Positions 44,410-52,234 of a DNA stretch of 64,000 nt are shown piece after piece. Origin of the DNA: an uncultured Ignavibacteriales bacterium (GTDB lineage: Bacteria; Zixibacteria; MSB-5A5; GN15; FEB-12); contig CAYXJN010000002.1 of assembly GCA_964464605.1 (NCBI GenBank), positions 186,001 through 250,000 on the forward strand, given 5' to 3'. A program made the translations under genes and the position numbers. The stretch's first letter is position 1, and each line of letters starts with the position of its first letter. The notes below the pieces were generated by a model. It worked only from the letters and a program-made list of their open reading frames with translations, made no database searches and was not told where the DNA came from.

Positions 44410-45093
44410 TTATGCGGACTTCTGCTGTCCTAAAATGTACGAACTAAGCTGAGCTCCCAAAAGGCCGCCGACAAGTGGGCCGACCCAGTAGATCCAGGAA
44501 TTATCGCAAAACCCACCGATAACGGACGGGGCCAAATGCCGCGCCGGATTCATTGCCGCGCCGCTTATCGGACCGCCCATAAAAATATCACAGACAACGG
44601 CTAAACCGATACAAAGCCCGCCAATCAATTTGGGGGCGCGTTCATGTACGGCTGTACCGTAGATAACGGAAACTAAGAAAAAGGTGAGAACGATTTCAGC
44701 GACTAACGCGCCAAAGACGGTTGCGCCACCATCTATATTGACAAGCGGTGTTCCGAATTTAATTGTAGTAAGAACGCCGCCGGGAATGATTGACTTCAAG
44801 AGCAATGTCGCGGCAAATGCACCGAGACATTGCGCGACGATGTAAGCAACGGCATTGGGCAGATTGATTTTTTTGATCGACCAAAGTCCAACCGTAACCG
44901 CCGGGTTAAAATGCGCACCGCTTACCACCCCGAATGCCGAGATAAACACGACTAATGCCAATCCATGCGCCAACGCAATACCGGTTAAGCCGACGGCACC
45001 GCCGGTGATATCATCCGCAGCAATTGCCCCGATACCGGCAAAAAGCAATGCAAATGTGCCGATAAATTCTGCGAGTAAAGCCCGAACATTCAT
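44410..45093 (-). CDS. MIP-family channel (aquaporin-like)
   Basis: AEFIGTF, SGAHFNPAVT and MNPAR (two NPA boxes), YWVGP. Confidence 0.95.
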   Translation of the reverse strand: MNVRALLAEFIGTFALLFAGIGAIAADDITGGAVGLTGIALAHGLALVVFISAFGVVSGAHFNPAVTVGLWSIKKINLPNAVAYIVAQCLGAFAATLLLKSIIPGGVLTTIKFGTPLVNIDGGATVFGALVAEIVLTFFLVSVIYGTAVHERAPKLIGGLCIGLAVVCDIFMGGPISGAAMNPARHLAPSVIGGFCDNSWIYWVGPLVGGLLGAQLSSYILGQQKSA

Positions 45094-45184
45094 CTGAAGA
45101 CTCCCTTCTTCACCTCATGCGAGGAATATGTTACCAAAAGCATACAGAGCCGGTTGTTTTGCGGTCAAGCTTGAACGATACGGA

Positions 45185-45835
45185 TTATGTGGCGATTTTC
45201 TTTGCCGGCCGCGAGGATTTCAATGAAAGCTTGTATCGCTTATCGAAGTGTCCGTTCGGCGAACACTTGCCGCAGGATGCCATCCGCAATTGTCTATGGC
45301 GCGGATACTCCAAACCGCATTTCGGACAGCTATACACATACTTCGGTGGCCGCACCAAATCCGGATGAGATTGCCCTTTCAGCGATGCACCGATTCGCTT
45401 CGCTTCCCGTTTGAATGCAGCGTCATGATTCGGGTTAAGAATATGGATCATCTCATGGCGAAGCGTGTCATCGACATCACCGGGAAACAATTCATGATAT
45501 TTCCGGCCGATGCGAATAAGTTTTTGCGATGGAATATAGGAACCCGCATTCATCATCCGGGTAGAGTACTCAATAGTAACGCGCGGGAGTTTCCCCTTAA
45601 AAAAGAGACGGTTGTACCGGTCGAACAGATCATACAACTGCGGAATAGTCGGCAGCGTATCGGCAATTGTTGCCGGCAGGACGGCGATTCCTTCGGTTGA
45701 AATCGGTTTCTCTTCATGCTGTTTGATACGGGTATATAATGTCGCCGGGGCGAGCGGAGTCATTGGCTCCGGCTTGAACAGGTCGAGGATATATGCCGTT
45801 AGTGTCTGTCGTTGCTTGCGTGAATTTTTGGCCAT
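45185..45835 (-). CDS. SprT-like zinc metalloprotease with Zn ribbon
   Basis: RMMNAG, HEMIH, H...F, YSCPKCG...CGKC. Confidence 0.88.
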   Translation of the reverse strand: MAKNSRKQRQTLTAYILDLFKPEPMTPLAPATLYTRIKQHEEKPISTEGIAVLPATIADTLPTIPQLYDLFDRYNRLFFKGKLPRVTIEYSTRMMNAGSYIPSQKLIRIGRKYHELFPGDVDDTLRHEMIHILNPNHDAAFKREAKRIGASLKGQSHPDLVRPPKYVYSCPKCGLEYPRHRQLRMASCGKCSPNGHFDKRYKLSLKSSRPAKKIAT

Positions 45836-45872
45836 ACGGTAATGAGAATCAATATCCTGTTACAAACAAGAT

Positions 45873-46871
45873 TTAATCTTTCTTGTATTTTATACCCTCA
45901 TCGGTAACAATCGCGGTCACCAAGCGCGCCGGAGTAACATCGAAAGCAGGCGAATAGACCGCAATTCCGTTCGCTGCCGTTTGTTTACCGAACCCGTTGG
46001 TAACTTCAAGCGGGCTGCGCTCTTCTATTACTATAGAGGAGCCGCTTTCCATCTGATGGTCAAAGGTCGAGGCAGGCGCTGCGACATAGAACGGAATCTT
46101 ATGCGCACTCGCCAAAACAGCCAAACTGTACGTTCCGATTTTGTTAGCAACATCCCCGTTTTTCGTAATCCTATCCGCCCCAACGAACACAGCGTTGACC
46201 TTCCCCTGCGCCATCAGCATTCCGGCAACACTGTCGCAAATTAAGGTGACATCGATACCGGCCTGCTGAAGCTCCCACGCCGTTAAGCGCGCTCCTTGTA
46301 ACAGCGGACGGGTTTCATCTGCGTAGACCTTGATTTTCTTTCCTTGTGCATGAGCGGTATGAAAAATGCCAAGCGCCGTACCGATTCCGCCGGTTGCTAA
46401 TGCACCGGTATGACAATGGGTGAGCAGCGTGTCACCATCTTTGACTAATTCCGCACCGTACTTCCCTATTCGCTCGCACATAGCGCGATCTTCCTCATGA
46501 ATCGCGGCCGCTTCTTTCCAGAGAATATCGAGTGTCGATTCCAAGGTTGTTGGTTTCTTTGCAGCAACGGAATCGACGACACGCCTGACTGCCCAAAAGA
46601 GATTTACTGCCGTAGGACGGGCGTCGGTGAATGCCTCACCGATTGTTTTGATAAACGGCAGATCAAACTGTCCCGATTTTCTGACCGCTATCGCAATTCC
46701 ATATGCCGCAGCTATCCCGATCGCCGGTGCGCCGCGGATTTCGAGCTTTTTGATTGCCTCGATAATGGCGTGGTAATCATCAGTCTCTTTATACTCTACG
46801 GCGAGCGGCAATGCGGCCTGATTGATAAATGTAAGCTTATCACCGACCCGCTCTAAGGTTTTAACAGCCAC
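45873..46871 (-). CDS. mtnA: S-methyl-5-thioribose-1-phosphate isomerase
   Basis: IRGAPAIG, RPTAVNL, LTHC.TG.LAT, ETRPLLQGARLT, NKIGT. Confidence 0.95.
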   Translation of the reverse strand: MAVKTLERVGDKLTFINQAALPLAVEYKETDDYHAIIEAIKKLEIRGAPAIGIAAAYGIAIAVRKSGQFDLPFIKTIGEAFTDARPTAVNLFWAVRRVVDSVAAKKPTTLESTLDILWKEAAAIHEEDRAMCERIGKYGAELVKDGDTLLTHCHTGALATGGIGTALGIFHTAHAQGKKIKVYADETRPLLQGARLTAWELQQAGIDVTLICDSVAGMLMAQGKVNAVFVGADRITKNGDVANKIGTYSLAVLASAHKIPFYVAAPASTFDHQMESGSSIVIEERSPLEVTNGFGKQTAANGIAVYSPAFDVTPARLVTAIVTDEGIKYKKD

Positions 46872-46879
46872 GCATTCTC

Positions 46880-48550
46880 CTATTTATACATGAAGCGCTT
46901 GATCTTCTTTGTCGATGTCTTTTCCAGTTCATTCAACTGTACCGTAAAAACATCTATTCGCTTGTAATCTGCAATACGTTCGTTTACTTGTTCTACGACT
47001 TTTTTTATTGCCGCTTCCAGTTTTTTCATATCCGGGTTTTCCGTGTCGGTTACACCGGCCGCTGCAACGCTTTCCATGTCGGGAACAATAACTGCGTGAA
47101 CCTCTTCTCCCAGCTTCTGCGTTTTCTTGCGTCCGAAGACTACCGCTTCCATAATCAATAACGACTCGACAAGTTTCTCCTCTATCTCCTCCGGATAGAT
47201 ATTTTTACCGGCGCCGGAGATAATGACATTCTTGCTCCGTCCGGTAATCCATAAATGTCCTTTAGCCAGTTTTCCTAAATCGCCGGTATGCAGCCAGCCG
47301 TCACGCAAAAGCAACGCTGTCGCTTCCGGATTATTGCGATATCCCGGCGTCACACTGCCGCCGCGCACGAGAATTTCACCGATCCCTTCTTCGTTCGGCG
47401 CATAGATGCGGACCTCGATATTATCCAGCACCTGACCGACGGAACCGAATTGGATGTTCTCCGCCCGGTTGCAGGATATCACCGGCGAGCATTCGGTCAT
47501 CCCATACCCTTGCATAAAATCAAAACCGAGAAAAACAAAAAACTCAGAAACGACAGGAGGTAACGCTGCTCCACCTGACATGAAAATACGAACACTTCCC
47601 AATCCTGCCTTTTTACGCAGCGAAGCAAAGAGCCACTTTCCCCATTTATTCTGCAGTTTCCAGCCGAGCGAGGAGACGTTGTACAAGAATCCGAATAGAA
47701 TCCGTTTAGTCAGCGGTGCGTTTTCGATATTGCGGCGTATGGCGTGATACATTTTCTCATAGAGTAATGGAACACCGCACATAATCGTCACCTGATTGCG
47801 GCCGATGTCTTCCAAAATCTCTTTCGACTTAAGGCTGCGGGCATAGACAATCGTCGCGCCGCGCAATAACGGCGTTAAAAAGCCGGCGGTTGCTTCGAAG
47901 GTATGATGCAGCGGCAAAACGGATAGAAACGTATCGGATGTATCAAAATGAAACGCCCCTTTTATCCCTTCTAAATTATGCAGGATGTTCGCGTGGGTCA
48001 GCTCGACCGCTTTCGGCGAGCCGGTAGTACCGGATGTAAATATCAGCGCGGCAGTACGCACCGGAGGGGGTAATTCAGCCTCTGCAGCCGTCATTATCTG
48101 TTTCCATGAGTCCGGAACATCACCGTCAAAACTGAATACAGTACCACCGAAATCAATTGCCTTGAGTAGTTCGCGGAATCGCCCGGAGCAAAAAAGAACG
48201 CGTATGCCCGACGCCGAAATGACCGTTTTGATTTCCTCGGCCGTAAGGTTGGCGTCAATCGGAACAACCGTTCCTCCGGCCGCTAAAATACCGAGATAAG
48301 TGACGCCCCATTCCGGCCTGTTTTCCGAAAGCAGGCCAATTTCTATTGGCGACATCAACCCTTTGGCAATAAGCCCATGCGCTATTCTGCGGCTTGCTTG
48401 TTCGATATCAGCACGGGTCCATACCGTGCCAAGTCCTCCCTGTGCCTTCATGGCGACGGCATTCGGGTTTTCCAAGACTATCCGACGAAATGATTCGTAG
48501 ATATGAGCGGTATGCGCATGCGTACCGGTCTGCGATGTCGTTGTTTGCAT
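46880..48550 (-). CDS. Long-chain acyl-CoA synthetase (AMP-binding)
   Basis: FTSGTTGSPK, QGYGMTE, TGDLG, GKNIYPEEIE. Confidence 0.92.
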   Translation of the reverse strand: MQTTTSQTGTHAHTAHIYESFRRIVLENPNAVAMKAQGGLGTVWTRADIEQASRRIAHGLIAKGLMSPIEIGLLSENRPEWGVTYLGILAAGGTVVPIDANLTAEEIKTVISASGIRVLFCSGRFRELLKAIDFGGTVFSFDGDVPDSWKQIMTAAEAELPPPVRTAALIFTSGTTGSPKAVELTHANILHNLEGIKGAFHFDTSDTFLSVLPLHHTFEATAGFLTPLLRGATIVYARSLKSKEILEDIGRNQVTIMCGVPLLYEKMYHAIRRNIENAPLTKRILFGFLYNVSSLGWKLQNKWGKWLFASLRKKAGLGSVRIFMSGGAALPPVVSEFFVFLGFDFMQGYGMTECSPVISCNRAENIQFGSVGQVLDNIEVRIYAPNEEGIGEILVRGGSVTPGYRNNPEATALLLRDGWLHTGDLGKLAKGHLWITGRSKNVIISGAGKNIYPEEIEEKLVESLLIMEAVVFGRKKTQKLGEEVHAVIVPDMESVAAAGVTDTENPDMKKLEAAIKKVVEQVNERIADYKRIDVFTVQLNELEKTSTKKIKRFMYK

Positions 48551-48602
48551 ACGGCAATCTACCGGAAGCCGGAAATCGGGAAAAGTGAATTTCGACTTAA
48601 AT

Positions 48603-48635
48603 AAAAAGGCCGTCCGGATACACCGGACGGCTTTT
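48603..48635 (-). terminator. Intrinsic terminator after the Ig-like lipoprotein gene
   Basis: GCCGTCCGG-N-CCGGACGGC hairpin flanked by A/T tracts. Confidence 0.75.
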
Positions 48636-48658
48636 GAACTAAGACAATATGAAAGGAA

Positions 48659-50755
48659 TTACTGAACTGTAACCGTTTTCGAAAGTATGAGACCGCTTCC
48701 ACGCGGATCAGTATTCGTAATGGACAGCGTGAATGAACCGGTATCGCTAGGTACCCAGCGGAATCCGACTGCTTCACCGTACGCATTGGTTTCCTGAGAG
48801 GCGCCAATAACCGTACCGCTGCTGGCAGAAAGAACCAATGTGTGATCACCAAGCGGATTGCCGAAACGATCCTGAATAATCGCACTGAGGTTAACTTGTT
48901 CACCAACCGCTGCATTGTCCGGAGCAGTAACCGATGAATTACCACTAAATGCATTACCGGTAGTAAGTGAAACGTTATAGGTAACAGCTGCCGTTCCACC
49001 GCACCAGTAGACAATTTGATCGACCGCACCAATACCGTTGTCGTTGCCGCCGGTCAGGGAGTTATCAACATCAAGTGTGCTGGAAGTAATCTTCACACGG
49101 GCGCTGGCGCTAAAGCAGCCATCTTCAAGCGTACCGCCTTCAACTGACAAATAAGTAGCGTCGGCATCGATTCTGGTTCCGGATATTACCGGCAGACCAT
49201 TGAGATCTGCGCCAGTGAGTACAATTACGGCCTTGGTGATACCATCGGCCGGAATAGTCGCCGGCATACCGGAAGCAACAATGGTTTCCGGAACATAGCT
49301 ATTGTAGAAGAACGAGGTATCTGCAACCGTACCACCGGCGGTTTCAGCAATCACCAGAACGTAACCATCAGCGGTAGAAACATTGTTACCGGAAATCCAG
49401 GTGCTCTTGGCAATACCCTGCAGCTCCTCTGTGCGCGACAAGTGAGACATCATGGTCCCTTCATCGGTGCTGAAATACACGACCGTTGAATCCGGAACTG
49501 GATTCAGATAAATATCGGAGACGACGGCAACAATCGGATTGAAGCCACCGACTACATCCCAATACTGTAAATTACAATCTTCCGCGCCAACCACGATGTA
49601 CGCAGGCGGGCCAGCGGAAATAAGGACTTGAGTCGCGTTAGAAATAGCATCCGGCGTGTAAGCGCGGATACGAACCGTACCGGAAATGGTGCCGGAGTGC
49701 ATTGGAATCGAAGCAACACCCTGGCTGTTGGTCACGGCATCATACGGACCGTAATCAGTTCCGACCGGGCCGATATATTCACCGCCGCTCGGGCCATCGA
49801 GAATAATAAAGGAAACCGGCAAACCTTCCGGAACGCGGTTACCGTTAACATCGAAGCAGGTTGCACGCAACAGCGCGGTTTCGATACCACCGGTTTGCGT
49901 TACTGCCAGATTCAGAGAATCAGAAGAAAGATAGATGGTGTTGATTTCTGAATTCGGCGTCAACTGGAGTGAAACCTCGGATGAACCGTTGGTGTTGTTG
50001 TCAGCAACGGTAACTTTGATATACACAGTCTGAGCATCATTACCGGAAATGTAGTTAACCGTAGCTGTTCCGGTGCCGCCGCTGGTTGTCGTGGTAGATG
50101 GGATTAAACCGATAGCATCCCAGGTATTATTGCCGTTGGCATCGAATACCAAAGAATCGATACCGTTTGACCAGTACCCGTTGCCGTCATTATCGACGAA
50201 ACGTTCACCGGCAGTAATTTTGATAATGGTACCATCAGAGACCGGATTGTTGTTGGCATCTTTGACCACAATCGTCACTTCAGACGTATCGGAACCATTG
50301 GCCAACAAAAGACTCGGCGTCAATGAGACTGTCACATTGCTGTTGCCGGTCGAAGCGTTGGTAACACTTACCCCGCGACTGGCATACGTTGAGCCGCCGG
50401 TGAAAGTCGCAAAGATCGTCATGGAGCCTTCGGTATTACCGGTGAAATAGGTTACGGCAACGCCGTCGTTGTCAGTAGTAGCGGTTGCCGGGCTGAAGGA
50501 ACCATCCCCTGCCGGAGTCACGCTAAAGGTAATAGACTGGCCGGCAACCGGAGTGCTTCCGTTCATAACGGTCGCTTCAACCAACACCGGGGTGTTGACT
50601 GCCACGCTTCCGCTGGGAGCGCTGAGAGTCACGCTCGAATTGGATGGAGTATCAACTTGATTTTTCGAATCACAGCCCGCTACCAGACCGACGCCCACTA
50701 CAGTGAGCAACGCCCAGAAGAGCATTGTGATGTGCCTTGAGCTCTGCGTTTTCAT
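48659..50755 (-). CDS. Lipoprotein with multiple bacterial Ig-like (invasin/intimin Big_1-type) domains
   Basis: LVAGC lipobox; repeated D.NGN.V..G..V.F and T...G.A motifs; Ca-binding-like DNDGNG/DANGN loop; AGGAG RBS before ATG at 50755. Confidence 0.8.
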   Translation of the reverse strand: MKTQSSRHITMLFWALLTVVGVGLVAGCDSKNQVDTPSNSSVTLSAPSGSVAVNTPVLVEATVMNGSTPVAGQSITFSVTPAGDGSFSPATATTDNDGVAVTYFTGNTEGSMTIFATFTGGSTYASRGVSVTNASTGNSNVTVSLTPSLLLANGSDTSEVTIVVKDANNNPVSDGTIIKITAGERFVDNDGNGYWSNGIDSLVFDANGNNTWDAIGLIPSTTTTSGGTGTATVNYISGNDAQTVYIKVTVADNNTNGSSEVSLQLTPNSEINTIYLSSDSLNLAVTQTGGIETALLRATCFDVNGNRVPEGLPVSFIILDGPSGGEYIGPVGTDYGPYDAVTNSQGVASIPMHSGTISGTVRIRAYTPDAISNATQVLISAGPPAYIVVGAEDCNLQYWDVVGGFNPIVAVVSDIYLNPVPDSTVVYFSTDEGTMMSHLSRTEELQGIAKSTWISGNNVSTADGYVLVIAETAGGTVADTSFFYNSYVPETIVASGMPATIPADGITKAVIVLTGADLNGLPVISGTRIDADATYLSVEGGTLEDGCFSASARVKITSSTLDVDNSLTGGNDNGIGAVDQIVYWCGGTAAVTYNVSLTTGNAFSGNSSVTAPDNAAVGEQVNLSAIIQDRFGNPLGDHTLVLSASSGTVIGASQETNAYGEAVGFRWVPSDTGSFTLSITNTDPRGSGLILSKTVTVQ

Positions 50756-50821
50756 GACTGCTCCTGATACATACGTGTATGGATTAATGAATTGTTTTCG
50801 ATAGGTTTTCATTCCTTCTGA

Positions 50822-50848
50822 TTATCGGCGAAACGGACAAACGGTTTA
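50822..50848 (-). promoter_or_regulatory. sigma28 (FliA/SigD)-type promoter
   Basis: TAAA-N15-GCCGATAA exact consensus, downstream of the pilQ terminator and upstream of the Ig-like lipoprotein. Confidence 0.7.
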
Positions 50849-50853
50849 GCCGT

Positions 50854-50892
50854 AAAAGAAAGACCCTTCCCCGCTAGTGCGGAAAAGGGTCT
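50854..50892 (-). terminator. Intrinsic terminator after pilQ
   Basis: AGACCCTT...AAGGGTCT hairpin followed by TTCTTTT on the minus strand. Confidence 0.7.
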
Positions 50893-50919
50893 GTAAAAGC
50901 AGGTGTAAAATTTGACCGA

Positions 50920-52212
50920 TTACGGATTGCTGTTCATGGCCAGACCATCGCCTGAGACGATCGTCGGGGTCACGAAAATGACCAGGTCGCGGGTTTCCAC
51001 ACGTTTGCTGGTATATTTAAAGAGATTACCCAGAAGGGGAATATCCTTCAACACCGGAATCCCGGTTTCCGTTTCGACTTCATCCTGGGTCGTCAAACCG
51101 CCGATAACCGCCGTCTGACCGTTATTCACGATAACCTTGGTCGAGGCGTTGCTCGTATTGATAATCACGCCGTTCGGATCGAATTCAAAGGTTGAACGCT
51201 CCGGTTTCAGATCCATAAGAATCTGGTTTTCGGCTGTGATGTACGGCGTCACCGTCAGGATCGTACCGACTTCTTCGAACTTGATAACGACGTTGCCGGC
51301 ATCATCAAACTGTTTAATCGGTACTTTCTGACCCATTTGAATTTTCGCTTCCACATTTTCGAGCGTGCTGATTTCCGGATGCGCAATGATCTTTCCCTTA
51401 CCGGTTGTCACGGTAGCTTCGATCAATGCTTCAAGTGACCAGCCGTGCTGAAGCGCCTGAACGCGATAGGAACCCTGCGGATCGGTTACATCGGCAGCGT
51501 CCACGCGGGCCTGCTGCGGATAGGAACGACCGGAGCTGGTGGTGTAGGTTCCTTCGACCATCCAGTCGATACCGAGTTCTTGAAGATTTCTCGAGGAAAT
51601 TTCCAGCAGCTGGGTGGAAATCTTAATCTGGCGGGCCGGTTTATCCAGCGAATCAATTAAGCTGATAACACGCGGTAAATTTTCCGGGACTTCCTGCAGG
51701 ATAATCGAGTTTGAGCGCGGATCGCTGCTGGCTTTACCGCGTTGGGTAAGAAGAGACTTCACCGCATTCACGATATCGTTGGAAGTCGAGTTATTAATTT
51801 TCACGATCTTCGTTTCGAGATCAGCAAGCTGCTGCTTTTCGATGCGGGCTTTATCGTTCTCGGACTGCTGCAAGCGATACTCGACCATCGGAAGGACGTG
51901 ATACAGTGACGAATCTTCTTCCACCACGGCCAGATCATACGTCCGGGCAACGATATCCATAGCCTGACGCCAGGTTACCTCGTTGATGCGGATGGTAACG
52001 GAACCTTCTACTTTCGGAGACACGACAACGTTTACTTTGCCGTAATCAGCCAGGAAGGAGTAGACGGAACGGATGTCCGCCGATTGGAATTGCAGCGTTT
52101 TTATCGGCTGCGACGGATCTTTTTCATCCGCAACGACCGGTGTAACTGCGGTCGCGGCTACCAGCAGGTAAACCACGCCCAACACCGGCTTGAGAAAACG
52201 TACATGCTTCAT
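50920..52212 (-). CDS. pilQ: Type IV pilus secretin PilQ (short; N0-N3-secretin, no AMIN domains)
   Basis: FQSADIR, V.GSVTI...VTW, DPRSNSII, GQTAVIGGL, IPVLKDIPLLGNLF, LVIFVTP. Confidence 0.93.
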   Translation of the reverse strand: MKHVRFLKPVLGVVYLLVAATAVTPVVADEKDPSQPIKTLQFQSADIRSVYSFLADYGKVNVVVSPKVEGSVTIRINEVTWRQAMDIVARTYDLAVVEEDSSLYHVLPMVEYRLQQSENDKARIEKQQLADLETKIVKINNSTSNDIVNAVKSLLTQRGKASSDPRSNSIILQEVPENLPRVISLIDSLDKPARQIKISTQLLEISSRNLQELGIDWMVEGTYTTSSGRSYPQQARVDAADVTDPQGSYRVQALQHGWSLEALIEATVTTGKGKIIAHPEISTLENVEAKIQMGQKVPIKQFDDAGNVVIKFEEVGTILTVTPYITAENQILMDLKPERSTFEFDPNGVIINTSNASTKVIVNNGQTAVIGGLTTQDEVETETGIPVLKDIPLLGNLFKYTSKRVETRDLVIFVTPTIVSGDGLAMNSNP

Positions 52213-52234
52213 GATATTAACACCTGCCTTTCGG

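Noticed and set aside
45873..46871. eIF2B-like translation factor interpretation of mtnA
   Set aside because: Contains the MtnA-specific RGAPAIG, THC and ETRP..QG.RLT motifs; an ordinary methionine-salvage isomerase.
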